The notes beneath the pieces were generated by a model that worked only from the letters and a program-made list of their open reading frames with translations, did no database searches and had not been told where the DNA came from. This document shows positions 19,036 through 29,913 of a stretch of DNA of 45,176 nucleotides, one piece after another (positions within the stretch are counted from its first letter, which is position 1; each line of letters starts with the position of its first letter). Source of the stretch: Deltaproteobacteria bacterium TL4 (lineage in GTDB: Bacteria > SAR324 > NAC60-12); NCBI GenBank assembly GCA_051382335.1, contig JBBCAX010000022.1, positions 1-45,176 on the forward strand, written 5' to 3'. Both the position numbers and the translations under genes were made by a program.

Positions 19036-20334
19036 TTAAAACAGCCCAGACAACGTAATTCCCTGCGTCGTCCGAACATACGGTGATTTAGTGGAGATAC
19101 TTGCCACATATTTCGTATCAAATAAAAGAGTCCACCCAGGCACAAACTGCCACCCTAACGCCGTTGAAATACGTATAGGCACATCCATCCGGATTTTACC
19201 GAGATCTTCACTCAAAGGAAGCTCATGGGGATAATCTTTCTTACCAAAACCAAAACCTATATCAAACAGGAAACCAACTTCCCACCTATTCTTCCAGTCG
19301 AAATCCATACTGACATTCGTAAACTCACTTTCTACGGTACCATTGTCTCCATTTCCCACAGCAAACAAGTAACGGAACGAGTCTAACTTTTCCTTATCCA
19401 GATTGTTGTACTCCCATTTGAGATCCATCTGAGCCCCAGCGTCTTTGGTGGTATCCGCAAAAATTTTACGGGCAACGACAGCACTTAAAGTATTCCTCGT
19501 ATCGGATTCATTGCTGGCTTTATGCGCAAACTGATATCCAAAAGTAAAATTATGGAACTGCGCAAAAGCTAAACCGCCTGTATTGATATTCAAAAATAAA
19601 TAGTTTGCCAGCAAACCAGGTTCTGCTGACGGGGGTTTGTAACCTATACCCAAAAGCCCTACATCACTGGATAACGATTCATACTCTGTTTTGCTATACT
19701 TGCTTTGCGTCATGCCCACAAAAGCACTGAGATTCCCTTTATTAAACATCACCATGACATTAGCTGACGTTTTGCTATCCGGCTGCTCAGAATCTTCAAT
19801 CACACCTTGTATGTCAAGACCTTCAATTTCAACGGGGAGACTGGCATCACTGGTGGGATTGTCATCCAATTCATATTTGAGACCAAAAACGACATTCCAA
19901 CTAAACGCGGATGTCCCCTTCTTTGATTCATCGGCCTGCTCTTCTTTCTCAAAATCTACCCCTTCCCCATAAGCAACAAGGTAGATTTGCTCACGTTGAT
20001 TCCCTTGTTCATCCTCAGCATTAACTTTAACCAGATTGATTCCCTCCTGGAAGGAGAGGTTGGTATCAACTACCACATTCTTTGAAGGAGCGAATTTATG
20101 AGACTGTCCATTTATCAGAATTTTAGTGATTTTATCTTCATCGTGAATAAAAAAACTCACTCGAAGATTAGGCGACTCCACCTTCTGCCGCCTGATCAAA
20201 TCCGTGGTCAAAATTTTCGGAGCCTCTTTTCCCACTTTTTCTAAGGCAAAGGCACTCGGCACCGAGACTTGGGCTAAAACCACCAGTAAAGCAATCAAAT
20301 ATTTCAGTTTCAACGTTTTTCTCCTCTTTATCAA
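19036..20334 (-). CDS. Putative outer-membrane beta-barrel with N-terminal Ig-like domain
   Basis: Signal peptide AFA; ING...L.EG.N...V.AED..GN Ig-like motif; alternating amphipathic strands; terminal Phe (GITLSGLF). Start uncertain. Confidence 0.7.
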   Translation of the reverse strand: MIKRRKTLKLKYLIALLVVLAQVSVPSAFALEKVGKEAPKILTTDLIRRQKVESPNLRVSFFIHDEDKITKILINGQSHKFAPSKNVVVDTNLSFQEGINLVKVNAEDEQGNQREQIYLVAYGEGVDFEKEEQADESKKGTSAFSWNVVFGLKYELDDNPTSDASLPVEIEGLDIQGVIEDSEQPDSKTSANVMVMFNKGNLSAFVGMTQSKYSKTEYESLSSDVGLLGIGYKPPSAEPGLLANYLFLNINTGGLAFAQFHNFTFGYQFAHKASNESDTRNTLSAVVARKIFADTTKDAGAQMDLKWEYNNLDKEKLDSFRYLFAVGNGDNGTVESEFTNVSMDFDWKNRWEVGFLFDIGFGFGKKDYPHELPLSEDLGKIRMDVPIRISTALGWQFVPGWTLLFDTKYVASISTKSPYVRTTQGITLSGLF

Positions 20335-20363
20335 AAGGTTGATTCAAAAGGGTTTAATAAAAT

Positions 20364-22094
20364 CTAATGCTCAATATTAATCTTGATAATACTGGGTACG
20401 GCTTTAGCAGCGTCCGATGCTTGACTTGCACCACTCTCTACTTCCTGATTTACCTGATTCACAGTGTTCAAAATGTCTTCTGTTTTTATTTCCGGAACCA
20501 CAATCTCCACAGGTTTGATATCAACAACTGAAGCGTCTACTTTAACGTCGTCTTTCTTAGGTATATCGTCCAACTTAGGAACCTCAGGTTGATCAAACAC
20601 AAGCACCTTGATTTCCTCAGGTTTGACGTCGAGAGAATCTTGAACAGGCTCAGGTTCTTTTATCTCAACAGCAGGTGTTTCATCTTTTTTCACCTCAGCA
20701 TCCGCCAATGGAGTTTCCTGGTCTGCCTTATCACCAGCCGTCTGGACGCTCTCCGGTTTAGTTTCTTCTTCCGGCTTAGCTTCTTCTTCCGGCTTAGCTT
20801 CTTCTTCCGGCTTAGCTTCTTCTTCCGGCTTAGCTTCTTCTTCCGGCTTAGCTTCTTCTTCCGGCTTAGCTTCTTCTTCCGGCTTAGCTTCTTCTTCCGG
20901 CTTAGTCTCTTCTTTGGCAGGAGCACTGACCACAGGTTTTGGCTGCTCAACCGCAGGTACTATCTTAACCTCAGCCACAACCGTCGACTCTTCAACCGAT
21001 GTTTCCTTAATATTCAAATCGGCACTTACAGTGCTGACTTCCTCATCACTTAAATCGCCTACCAGTTGTTCCTCAACCTTTGCTTCGCCTAAGGGAGTTC
21101 CCTCTGTTTTGTTCGCTTCAACCGCTTGGTTTTCGTCAGTCGTTCCGGTTTCGTCAGTCGTTCCGGTTTCGTCAGTCGTTCCGGTTTCTTCAGTCGTTCC
21201 GGTTTCTTCAGTCGTTCCGGTTTCGTCAGTCGTTCCGGTTTCTTCAGTCGTTCCGGTTTCGTCAGTCGTTCCGGTTTCGTCAGTCGTTCCGGTTTCGTCA
21301 GTCGTTCCGGTTTCGTCAGTCGTTCCGGTTTCGTCAGTCGTTCCGGTTTCGTCAGTTGCCTCAGTTTCATCGGAAGCTCCTTGTTCATCAGCGGTCCCTT
21401 CCTTTTTGTCTTCATCTTCCTTAGCGTCACCTTCAGCAGCCTTTATCGGTTTTTTTATAGCTTTGACCTCTTCTTTTTCCTTCTTATCCTCTTTTTTCTC
21501 TTTCGTTGTAGTCCCGGTAGTGGCTTTGCCCTCTGTGAAAGTACTTTTACCGTTATCAGAAGTCCTCAACGGGGTGCCAAGCGGCATGTTAGACCAACCC
21601 TCGCCTCCATCAGCACTGGCTATGCATTCACCTTGGGTACATGTGGTATTAGTGAAGTCACTAGTCGCAGTGAGTTCATTTTCTGAACCTTTCACTCCGA
21701 CCGTAGCAGTAGTGGTCAACAAGGTCAGGCTTTTCTTTTTTTCGGGATGTGTTTTGGAGAGGAACTTACCAAAAAGCATACGGATGATCCCAGTCGCTTT
21801 TCCACGCGTCCATTCTTTGGTCTGCATCACAGCATTTCCTCCCATGCTCACTGTGGCTCCCGACTGGAGAACGGTCAAAATGGCAACAGATTGAGGAGCG
21901 GTTTTTATCACATCATTTTCCTGGACGGGGATATTCATTTGTGGTGCCTTATATTCGAGCGTTTCCCCATAGCGAACCAAACTCAAAGTACCCTGTTTCA
22001 GTTCCACCTCACCATATTTCACAGGTGCACCCCAGAGGGTCAAGGTTCCACAAAGGAGGAAGAGTAGTAATAATGCTGATTTCGTAAACTTCAT
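20364..22094 (-). CDS. Secreted FecR-domain protein with long acidic repeat region
   Basis: Signal peptide; VQENDVIKT...[20 protein letters not shown] FecR-type motifs; roughly 390 aa of low-complexity tail. Confidence 0.8.
   Translation of the reverse strand: MKFTKSALLLLFLLCGTLTLWGAPVKYGEVELKQGTLSLVRYGETLEYKAPQMNIPVQENDVIKTAPQSVAILTVLQSGATVSMGGNAVMQTKEWTRGKATGIIRMLFGKFLSKTHPEKKKSLTLLTTTATVGVKGSENELTATSDFTNTTCTQGECIASADGGEGWSNMPLGTPLRTSDNGKSTFTEGKATTGTTTKEKKEDKKEKEEVKAIKKPIKAAEGDAKEDEDKKEGTADEQGASDETEATDETGTTDETGTTDETGTTDETGTTDETGTTDETGTTEETGTTDETGTTEETGTTEETGTTDETGTTDETGTTDENQAVEANKTEGTPLGEAKVEEQLVGDLSDEEVSTVSADLNIKETSVEESTVVAEVKIVPAVEQPKPVVSAPAKEETKPEEEAKPEEEAKPEEEAKPEEEAKPEEEAKPEEEAKPEEEAKPEEETKPESVQTAGDKADQETPLADAEVKKDETPAVEIKEPEPVQDSLDVKPEEIKVLVFDQPEVPKLDDIPKKDDVKVDASVVDIKPVEIVVPEIKTEDILNTVNQVNQEVESGASQASDAAKAVPSIIKINIEH
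20751..20912 (-). repeat. 18-bp tandem repeat x9 encoding EE(A/T)KPE
   Basis: Unit tccggcttagcttcttct on the + strand. Confidence 0.95.
21131..21356 (-). repeat. 18-bp tandem repeat, about 12.5 copies, encoding TT(D/E)ETG
   Basis: Unit tttc(g/t)tcagtcgttccgg on the + strand. Confidence 0.95.
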
Positions 22095-22342
22095 TGTATT
22101 ACCCTGAATCTATTTTTTTATTTATATTCCGCGTTCCCCATCTTAGAACCCGTTAGAAACGAGGAAACGAATTCTCTTACAAGCCCTTAAAACTGAGATA
22201 AAATCAAAGTCTGCGTTTGAACATCTTCAAATTAATCCCCTGTGCTCACCCAAATTATGCTTCTTTTGTACACACATAGCCTTATTTTTTTTGGAAGGCA
22301 AGGCATAATTTATTTATTTTTTGTACGTCGAAAAAACTCATA

Positions 22343-24625
22343 TTACTTGCTTGTTGCCGTATAAACGCCGTCCCAGTCTATGGGCGGAGGTGTTTCCATA
22401 TATTGTTTGACTCGTTTGATAAAAGTTGTGGCAGGACCATCACCCGGAATGATTTCAAGGGTTTTTTCAAACAAGGAAAGGGCCTCTCCCCATTGTTGAC
22501 TTCGATACAGTTCCAGTCCTTTTGAGTATGCGTAAAAGGCTTCTTTCTTTTGAGCGTCAAGATTCCCTTTACGGCAGACGATCTCATAGATACGAACAGG
22601 TTTATTGATGCCAATCACTCGAATCATGTCTAATTCTCGCCCTTCTACCTCATTTTCACATTCGGCATAGGTCATCTCACTCATCATCGCGCGAGTTCCG
22701 TACATCTTATTGACGCCTTCCAAACGTGCGGCAAGGTTTACCGAATTGCCCATCATGGTGTAGTCAAAGCGGTTTCGACTTCCCATATTCCCCACAACCA
22801 TGGGCCCTGTATTGATGCCAACCCGGTGAAATATTTCAACCCCCCAATCTTCCTTCCACTTTGGACGAAGTTCCGCAACCCGATTTTCCATATCCAGACA
22901 AACCAAGGCCGCACGATTCGCATGATCGTCAAAACTTACAGGGGCACCAAAAAAGGCGATAATGGCATCTCCCTCAAATTTGTCAACAGTTCCATCATAT
23001 TTCATAATGATGTCTGTCATTTCTGTTAAGTAATCGTTGAGCAAACTGACCAATTCAGGAGGGGTTAACTTTTCTGAGATAGTTGAAAACCCCGCGACAT
23101 CAGAAAATAAAGCGGTCAACACTTTTTCTTCACCCCCAAGAGCAAGCATTCCAGGATTGTCCAACAAGTCCTTGATTACAGCGGGAGACAGATATTGCTG
23201 GAAGGCATCCTTAATGAACCGCTTATCTTTATCAGAAACAAAAAACATGTACTGACTCACACCCGCAAAGACCAGAATCATCGTGGTCGCAACATACACA
23301 TAACTCGGCCAGTTGAGAAGGACATTGACACAAAATTGGTGGAAGAACGTATAGCCACCTAGCAGTGAGGAGAACAGGAGGAGAGCAACGACAAGTTTGA
23401 TTCTGGGTAAAATAAAACCTCCAGCGATTCCAATCAACAACAGAAACAATAGCGTATAGACATGATTCATGACACCCAGTTGAAAATAACTCCCTGTGAG
23501 AAAATTATCAATGGCATTGGCATGCACTTCAACCCCGGCGTATGCTTCAGAAACGGGAGTAACTCTTAAATCCAAAATACCTACCTCGGAAACGCCAACC
23601 AACACAATTTTACCTCGAAGTGCTTCAGTAGGAATTTTATGTTCAATGATGTCCGCGACAGAATGATGGGTGAATGTAGAGCCTGGTCCCTTGTAATTCA
23701 ACAGCACCGAACCGTCAGGATTTGGAGTAATTTCGTTGGAACCGACCTGGATGCCAACAATGCCTAGATCATCCCCTATAATCTGGATGTTCTCTCCCAA
23801 ATAATGGGCAAGCATTCTTAAACTCAAAGCAGGATAATACTTACCTTGAGACTTCCGAATCAGATGAATACGGCGAACAACGCCATCTTCTGGATCAATA
23901 TTCACATTAAAAAAACCAAACATGGTTTTTGCGGATGACGCGATTTTATCTGTTGACAGTTCAGGATAAAGCTCCTCAGGAATCGCACTTGATTCATTAA
24001 GTTCATCATACCCTTGAACAATTGAAATTGCGTGAGGTTGCAGACGACTCTGGGCTTCTTGTACCTCTTTTTCACTCAGATGACCCACTTCTTGCTGATA
24101 ACTTAGAAACACGTACCCCATAACTATATTTGAAAACTTTACAATTTGTTCCCGCAGTTGTTGATCTCCATCAATTTCAAGTTCCGTTTGTGTCATTTGC
24201 TTTAATAATATTTGGCCTTCGGATGTTTTTTCTAAACCACTTTGTTCAAAATCCTTTCGATATTTTTGAGCCAGTTTCAGATTTTCATTATCTGCTTCAG
24301 AAAAAACGATATCAAACCCCACTGTGCTGACTTTGTAGTAGTTATTTAGACTCTCTATCAATTGAGCAATGTATTTTCTGGACCAAGGCCAACGTCCATA
24401 TTTGTCGATACTTTTAGAATCAACAGCGGCGATGACAACTTGATCCGAATGTTCAATAACGCCTCGTGTTTTTTGGATCAAATCCACCCATTTTTTATCC
24501 ATTAGATTGAAATAGCTCGTACTATTGCCAATGTTAATGATATAGAGGACTGCCATAATGAACGTAATCAGCAGCGAAATTTTTGCGGGAGACAACCCGG
24601 TAAGAATATTGATAAGACGTTTCAT
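22343..24625 (-). CDS. CHASE2-domain class III adenylate cyclase with C-terminal TPR-like helices
   Basis: GRWPWSR, FDIVFSE, D.DGVVRR, GVEVHA (CHASE2); three TMs; FSDVAGFS, DKFEGDA, DYTMMGNSVNLAARLEG. The Lys/Thr pair indicates ATP specificity. Confidence 0.93.
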   Translation of the reverse strand: MKRLINILTGLSPAKISLLITFIMAVLYIINIGNSTSYFNLMDKKWVDLIQKTRGVIEHSDQVVIAAVDSKSIDKYGRWPWSRKYIAQLIESLNNYYKVSTVGFDIVFSEADNENLKLAQKYRKDFEQSGLEKTSEGQILLKQMTQTELEIDGDQQLREQIVKFSNIVMGYVFLSYQQEVGHLSEKEVQEAQSRLQPHAISIVQGYDELNESSAIPEELYPELSTDKIASSAKTMFGFFNVNIDPEDGVVRRIHLIRKSQGKYYPALSLRMLAHYLGENIQIIGDDLGIVGIQVGSNEITPNPDGSVLLNYKGPGSTFTHHSVADIIEHKIPTEALRGKIVLVGVSEVGILDLRVTPVSEAYAGVEVHANAIDNFLTGSYFQLGVMNHVYTLLFLLLIGIAGGFILPRIKLVVALLLFSSLLGGYTFFHQFCVNVLLNWPSYVYVATTMILVFAGVSQYMFFVSDKDKRFIKDAFQQYLSPAVIKDLLDNPGMLALGGEEKVLTALFSDVAGFSTISEKLTPPELVSLLNDYLTEMTDIIMKYDGTVDKFEGDAIIAFFGAPVSFDDHANRAALVCLDMENRVAELRPKWKEDWGVEIFHRVGINTGPMVVGNMGSRNRFDYTMMGNSVNLAARLEGVNKMYGTRAMMSEMTYAECENEVEGRELDMIRVIGINKPVRIYEIVCRKGNLDAQKKEAFYAYSKGLELYRSQQWGEALSLFEKTLEIIPGDGPATTFIKRVKQYMETPPPIDWDGVYTATSK

Positions 24626-24816
24626 GAATCCTGCTCGTTTAAAGGTTCAGCAAAAGCGATTATTTGTGCCTTAAAGCCTTTAGGAAATCCTTCCCGATGA
24701 TATGATAATTGTTCAAAACAACTTATCAAAGTTTCTGGGTGATTATTTCCTGCTCAAGTAACACAGATCGCAACCTTGCTCTGAATATTTCCGCTATCAT
24801 CTCGGCTAACGAAGAA

Positions 24817-26037
24817 TCAGGAATCCAACTGATTTTCAATCACCTCCCAAGTCTGCTGAGCAATTTCCAACTCTTCATTGGTGGCAATGACGAGAATCTG
24901 AACAGGACTGTCCGAAGTGTTGATAGCATGGCTTTTCGCTCCGTGTTCTTTGTTTCTTTCGAGATCTAAATGAATGCCCAGTCCTCCTAAATTCTGACAG
25001 ATGGCTTGTCGGATTTCCGCGGCATTTTCGCCAATACCGCCCGTAAAAACAATGGCATGAACCTTTCCCAAAACAGCACAGTAGGCGCCAATGTATTTTT
25101 TAATACGGTAGCAATACATGTCAACCGCAAGGCTAGCCAAGGGATCCCCTGCCTTGCGTTTTGCCAAAATATCGCGCATGTCATTCATTCCGCAGATCCC
25201 TTTCAAACCACTTTGTTTGTTCATCAGTGAATCAATCTCCTTCATTGAGAGATTTTCCTGTTCCGCTAAAAAATTGTGAATAGCGGGATCCACATCACCG
25301 CACCGTGTCCCCATGATCAAACCTTCCAAAGGGGTCATTCCCATCGAGGTATCAACACTTTTACCGTTTTCAATGGCGGTCATACTCGCCCCATTACCAA
25401 GGTGGAGGGTAATGAGGTTCAGTGTCTCCAGTGAACGATTGAAATGAACTGCCGCCTGTTTCGCTACATAACGGTGAGAGGTTCCATGGAAGCCATAACG
25501 ACGAACATGATGTTTTTTATAAAGTTCGTGGGGTAAGGCGTAATGAAAAGCATGAGGGGGAATGGTTTGATGAAACGCGGTATCGAAAACACCGACCTGA
25601 GGAACTTCCGAGAAGAGCTTCATGGAAACCTCAATCCCGGTTAAATTAGCGGGATTATGCAATGGTGCCAAAGGGATATGAGAGCGGAGCACCTCCATGA
25701 TTTTCTCATCAATGATGGTTGAATGGTGAAACGATTCACCCCCATGCACCACTCGATGTCCAACGGCCGCGATTTCACGAGTTTCACGGATGACCCCTTT
25801 TTGGGGATCCGTCAGCATGGCGACCATGACGTTTAAAGCGTGCTGGTGGTCAGGAATGGGTTTTTCCAGAACAACTTTTTGTTCCTTGGCTGTTCGAGGC
25901 CACGCCGAATAAGTCAGGTTGCTGGAGGCCTCACCAATGCGGTCAATCAATCCTGAAGCCATCACCATGGTATGTTCCATATCAAAGAGTTGGTACTTAA
26001 CTGAAGAACTGCCGGTATTGATCACTAGAATTTTCAT
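24817..26037 (-). CDS. ackA: Acetate kinase
   Basis: VINTGSSSVK, GHRVVHGG, APLHNP, YGFHGTSH, HLGNGAS, FTGGIGEN. Confidence 0.98.
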   Translation of the reverse strand: MKILVINTGSSSVKYQLFDMEHTMVMASGLIDRIGEASSNLTYSAWPRTAKEQKVVLEKPIPDHQHALNVMVAMLTDPQKGVIRETREIAAVGHRVVHGGESFHHSTIIDEKIMEVLRSHIPLAPLHNPANLTGIEVSMKLFSEVPQVGVFDTAFHQTIPPHAFHYALPHELYKKHHVRRYGFHGTSHRYVAKQAAVHFNRSLETLNLITLHLGNGASMTAIENGKSVDTSMGMTPLEGLIMGTRCGDVDPAIHNFLAEQENLSMKEIDSLMNKQSGLKGICGMNDMRDILAKRKAGDPLASLAVDMYCYRIKKYIGAYCAVLGKVHAIVFTGGIGENAAEIRQAICQNLGGLGIHLDLERNKEHGAKSHAINTSDSPVQILVIATNEELEIAQQTWEVIENQLDS

Positions 26038-28142
26038 TTGTTCCCTTTTCTATTTTGTTGAGCCTGAATTGCGGTAATGGCAATCGTATTGACGACATCC
26101 GCAACAGTACAGCCACGGCTTAAATCGTTGATGGGTTTATTCAACCCTTGCAAAACAGGTCCAATGGCAACAGCTTGCGCCGATCGCTGGACCGCCTTAT
26201 AGGTATTGTTTCCTGTGTTTAAATCCGGGAAAATAAAGACGGTTGCTTTGCCGGCGACATCACTATTGGGCATTTTGGTTTTAGCGACCTCAGGGTCAAT
26301 CGCGGCATCATATTGGAGCGGACCTTCCAGTTTGAGATGCGGGGCCCGTTCTTTGGCAAGTTTAGTGGCTTGGATTACTTTTTCGACTTCGGCCCCTTTT
26401 CCGGAACTTCCTGTAGAGTAAGAAAGCATAGCCACTCGCGGTTCAATTCCAAACGCTTGAGCTGTTTCTGCTGAAGATAACGCAATTTCAGCCAACTGTT
26501 CCACATCGGGAACGGGAATTACCGCACAATCCCCATACACAATGGTTTTATCTTTGAGGCACATGAAAAAAACACTGGAAACCGTCGAAATTCCAGGCTT
26601 GGTACGGATAAACTCAAAGGCGGGACGAATCGTGTGCTGTGTGGTATGCACGGCACCAGAAACCATCCCATCCGCATCGCCCAAGTGGACCATCATTGTG
26701 CCAAAATAGGTGTAGTCATCCATCATGTCTCTCGCGTTTTCCAAACTGACGCCTTTGTGTTTTCGCAGTTCATAATACGTTTGTGAATAATTTTCATAAA
26801 GGGGTGACTCATGAGGATAAATAATACGAACCCCGTCCATACGTAAACCCAACTTTTTGATTTTATCACGAATCTCATCTTCTTTTCCCAAGAGCGTGAT
26901 ATTGACGACGCCTCGGAATAGCAGAATCTCCGCGGCTTTCAAGATCCGATCTTCCACTCCTTCTGGTAAAACAATATGCTGTTTATCGGATCTTGCCTGT
27001 TGCGTCAGCCCGTGTTCAAACATCATGGGAGTCATCCGTTCAGAACGTGAGGTTTTTAAGCGTTCTCGCAATTCATTGACGTTAACATGCTCTTCAAACA
27101 CCCCAATTCCCCTCGCGATTTTTCTTGTATCACTTGGCATTATTTTTACATGAATGGAATGGAGGAGTTGCGTGGTATAAAAACTACTTTCCTTGACAGC
27201 AAGAATGGGGATTGAGGGGGCGGTCCAACCTTCAATGAGTTTGGCAATACTTTTCTCTGGACGCAGTCCACCGGTTAAAAGAATTCCAGAAATATCTGGT
27301 GACGTTGTAGAAACCTGAGAGATCAAGGCCGCTAAAATAATATCAGCCCGATCCCCTGGGGTTACAATGAGGCAGTCTTCATTAATACGACTGACAAAAT
27401 TCTGGATTTGCATCGCCCCCAGGATGATCTTGGAAATGTGTTTGCCAAGATGCTCTTTTCCATAAAGGACCTCCGCGTTAAACCAGCGCATAATGTCTTC
27501 CATCGTGGGTTTTCCCAGGATAGCAATTTCTGGAATCACATAGAGGAGGGATTTTCCTTTGGCAGCCTCCAGTTTAAGTTTTGAGGTGAGGTCCAGAAGA
27601 AACGTTTGATCCACACGGTTAATGATCGTTGCCAGTAAATCAACCCCTTTGTTTTCAAAGGCTTCAATGGCCATTTGATAGGAATTGAGTAACATTTCCG
27701 CAGTTTTATCTTTGGCACTGATGACCGCGAGCACTGGCGCGCCAATGTTGGAGGCAATATCGATATTGATATCCAATTCAAAGGCGGAGGTACTTGATTC
27801 AAAATCAGTTCCTTCGCACAAAATAAAATCATACTGGCTCTCCAGTATTTGATATTTGCTGATGATGCCTTCTAAAAGAACATCATATTTATCCTGATTC
27901 ATCAATTCATTCGCTTCATGGAACGTATAAGCGTAAATATCTTCATAAGCAATATCCAACTGAAAATGGGTACGAATCAGCTCAATGTCCGAGTTTAATC
28001 CTGTATGGGGATCCAGGTCAATGATAGGACGGAAAAAACCGACCCTGCAAATGTCTTTTTGCAACATTTCCATGAGTCCCAGCGCAATGACCGATTTACC
28101 GCTTTTCGCCTCAGCGGGAAGAATATATAAGTTCTTTGCCAT
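26034..28142 (-). CDS. pta: Phosphate acetyltransferase, long form with DRTGG domain
   Basis: TPGDR/LTGG, VLPEG, GPLQYDAA, NDLSRGC. Confidence 0.98.
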   Translation of the reverse strand: MAKNLYILPAEAKSGKSVIALGLMEMLQKDICRVGFFRPIIDLDPHTGLNSDIELIRTHFQLDIAYEDIYAYTFHEANELMNQDKYDVLLEGIISKYQILESQYDFILCEGTDFESSTSAFELDINIDIASNIGAPVLAVISAKDKTAEMLLNSYQMAIEAFENKGVDLLATIINRVDQTFLLDLTSKLKLEAAKGKSLLYVIPEIAILGKPTMEDIMRWFNAEVLYGKEHLGKHISKIILGAMQIQNFVSRINEDCLIVTPGDRADIILAALISQVSTTSPDISGILLTGGLRPEKSIAKLIEGWTAPSIPILAVKESSFYTTQLLHSIHVKIMPSDTRKIARGIGVFEEHVNVNELRERLKTSRSERMTPMMFEHGLTQQARSDKQHIVLPEGVEDRILKAAEILLFRGVVNITLLGKEDEIRDKIKKLGLRMDGVRIIYPHESPLYENYSQTYYELRKHKGVSLENARDMMDDYTYFGTMMVHLGDADGMVSGAVHTTQHTIRPAFEFIRTKPGISTVSSVFFMCLKDKTIVYGDCAVIPVPDVEQLAEIALSSAETAQAFGIEPRVAMLSYSTGSSGKGAEVEKVIQATKLAKERAPHLKLEGPLQYDAAIDPEVAKTKMPNSDVAGKATVFIFPDLNTGNNTYKAVQRSAQAVAIGPVLQGLNKPINDLSRGCTVADVVNTIAITAIQAQQNRKGNK

Positions 28143-28403
28143 AATTTACCTCAATCTAACCTTTCTGAGATACATACATTTTAAGGAAGGGTTAAGCGAA
28201 ATAGTTAACCAAGGAGTGATGAACAGAGAATTCAAGCTACTCTTAGGTACCTAGCATATAATCTTCAAGAGCGTCAATAGACTTTAAAAAAGAAGTGTTG
28301 ATCCCCTGATTTTTCCGTTGGGTTGGAAGGAATGAAGGCAGAACGCATAAAAAAGATTCTTCACTTTTTGCCTTCTGCCTGAACTCGGGTTGAGCCTTTA
28401 ATT

Positions 28404-29624
28404 TCAGGAATGTCTCGTAGTGCGGTATTTTGCTAATTCACGTTTGGCAATGGATCCAAGATGAACTTCATCAGGGCCATCTGCGAGACGCAAAGTCCGT
28501 ATGTTCGCATAAAGATCGGATAACGGAAAATCGTCGGAAACCCCGGCACCGCCATGCATTTGAATGGCCTGATCTATAATCTTAAGCGCAACGTTGGGAG
28601 CGACTACTTTAATTTGTGAAATTTCACTCATGGCTTGTCGAACGCCCACCGTATCCATAAGATAGGCCGCCTTAAGGGTCAGTAATCTGGCTTGCTCTAT
28701 AGCGACACGGGCTTCCGCGATTCTCTCCCTATTTCCTCCGAGATCGGCAAGATCCCTATGAAAGGCCTGACGGGAAACAGAACGCTCACACATGAGTTTT
28801 AAAGCATGTTCGGCCGCGCCAATGGCTCTCATGCAATGATGGATTCGACCTGGCCCAAGACGTCCTTGAGCAATTTCAAACCCTCGGCCCGGTCCCGCAA
28901 TGAAATTTTCCAAGGGTAATCTGACCTCCGTAAAACTCACCTCCCCGTGTCCATAAGGGGGATGATAATCCCTGAAAACGGGCAACATTCTTTCAATTTT
29001 TACACCCGGGGTACTTCTGGGGACGAGTACCATCGAGTGTTGTCCATGTTTTGAGGCTTCAGGGTAAGTCAAGCCCATGAAAATGAAAATTTCACAATGA
29101 GGATGTCCGGCACCGCTGGTCCACCATTTTCGGCCATTAAGCACGATTTCATCGCCATCAATGAGAGCCCTTGCCCGCATATTGGTGGCATCTGAGGAGG
29201 CAACCGCGGGTTCTGTCATCGCAAAACCTGAACGGATTTTTCCTGCCAACAACGGTTTTAACCATTGTTCTTTTTGCTTTTCGGAACCATAGTGGACCAA
29301 CACTTCCATATTTCCGGTGTCAGGGGCATTACAATTAAAAACTTCTGGAGCAATAAAACTATGACCGGTGATTTCCGCAAGCGGGGCATATTCGGTGTTT
29401 GTCAAACCGGCACCATATTCTGCCTCAGGTAAAAAAAGATTCCATAAGCCTTCGGCCTGTGCCTTTGCTTTTAACTCTTCCATGACAGGAGGAACCCTCC
29501 ACTCCGAGGCTCCTGCTTTTAATTGCTGTTTGTAAATGGCTTCTCCAGGAAAAACATGTTTTTCCATGAATTGTTGCAGTCGTTGAATGTAATGTTGAGT
29601 TTTCTCAGAGTAACTAAAGTTCAT
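28404..29624 (-). CDS. Acyl-CoA dehydrogenase (ACAD10/11-like)
   Basis: [49 protein letters not shown]. Confidence 0.95.
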   Translation of the reverse strand: MNFSYSEKTQHYIQRLQQFMEKHVFPGEAIYKQQLKAGASEWRVPPVMEELKAKAQAEGLWNLFLPEAEYGAGLTNTEYAPLAEITGHSFIAPEVFNCNAPDTGNMEVLVHYGSEKQKEQWLKPLLAGKIRSGFAMTEPAVASSDATNMRARALIDGDEIVLNGRKWWTSGAGHPHCEIFIFMGLTYPEASKHGQHSMVLVPRSTPGVKIERMLPVFRDYHPPYGHGEVSFTEVRLPLENFIAGPGRGFEIAQGRLGPGRIHHCMRAIGAAEHALKLMCERSVSRQAFHRDLADLGGNRERIAEARVAIEQARLLTLKAAYLMDTVGVRQAMSEISQIKVVAPNVALKIIDQAIQMHGGAGVSDDFPLSDLYANIRTLRLADGPDEVHLGSIAKRELAKYRTTRHS

Positions 29625-29681
29625 AGGACCTCATTGGGGTTGAAAAGGGTTTAGGTTGGATATTATCTATCGCCTTCGATA

Positions 29682-29784
29682 TATACTTCTCCAGAAAAGT
29701 TTTGTCCTGAAAACGCAGGCATCCCACCTGCAAAAGCAGGCGGGACGCCTGCGCTCCCAGCAGGAATTTATCTGGACAACTATA
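29682..29784. mobile_element. MITE/REPIN-like palindromic element
   Basis: Ends TATACTTCTCCAGA / TCTGGACAACTATA (12/14 inverted match); internal REP-like pair GCAGGCATCCCACCTGC and GCAGGCGGGACGCCTGCGCTCCCAG. Confidence 0.75.
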
Positions 29785-29913
29785 ACAATTTCACCAACTC
29801 TATTGGCATTCTTTCCATTAATCAAATGAATGTTTTTAATGACAGACGTTTATATGCCGCATCTCAAAAATATCGATCTGAATTTTCATCTTTTTTTCAA
29901 CGGTTTCGCGGGA

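Noticed and set aside
20751..21356. Tandem repeats as a CRISPR array
   Set aside because: Head-to-tail 18-bp coding repeats with no unique spacers and no cas genes.
20589..21894. Long alternative-frame ORFs (326, 186, 154 aa and others)
   Set aside because: Stop-free shadows produced by the in-frame repeats of the FecR gene.
24655..24672. Sigma54 promoter before the cyclase (AGGCACAAATAATCGC, minus strand)
   Set aside because: Spacing is GG-N11-GC, one base off the strict requirement.
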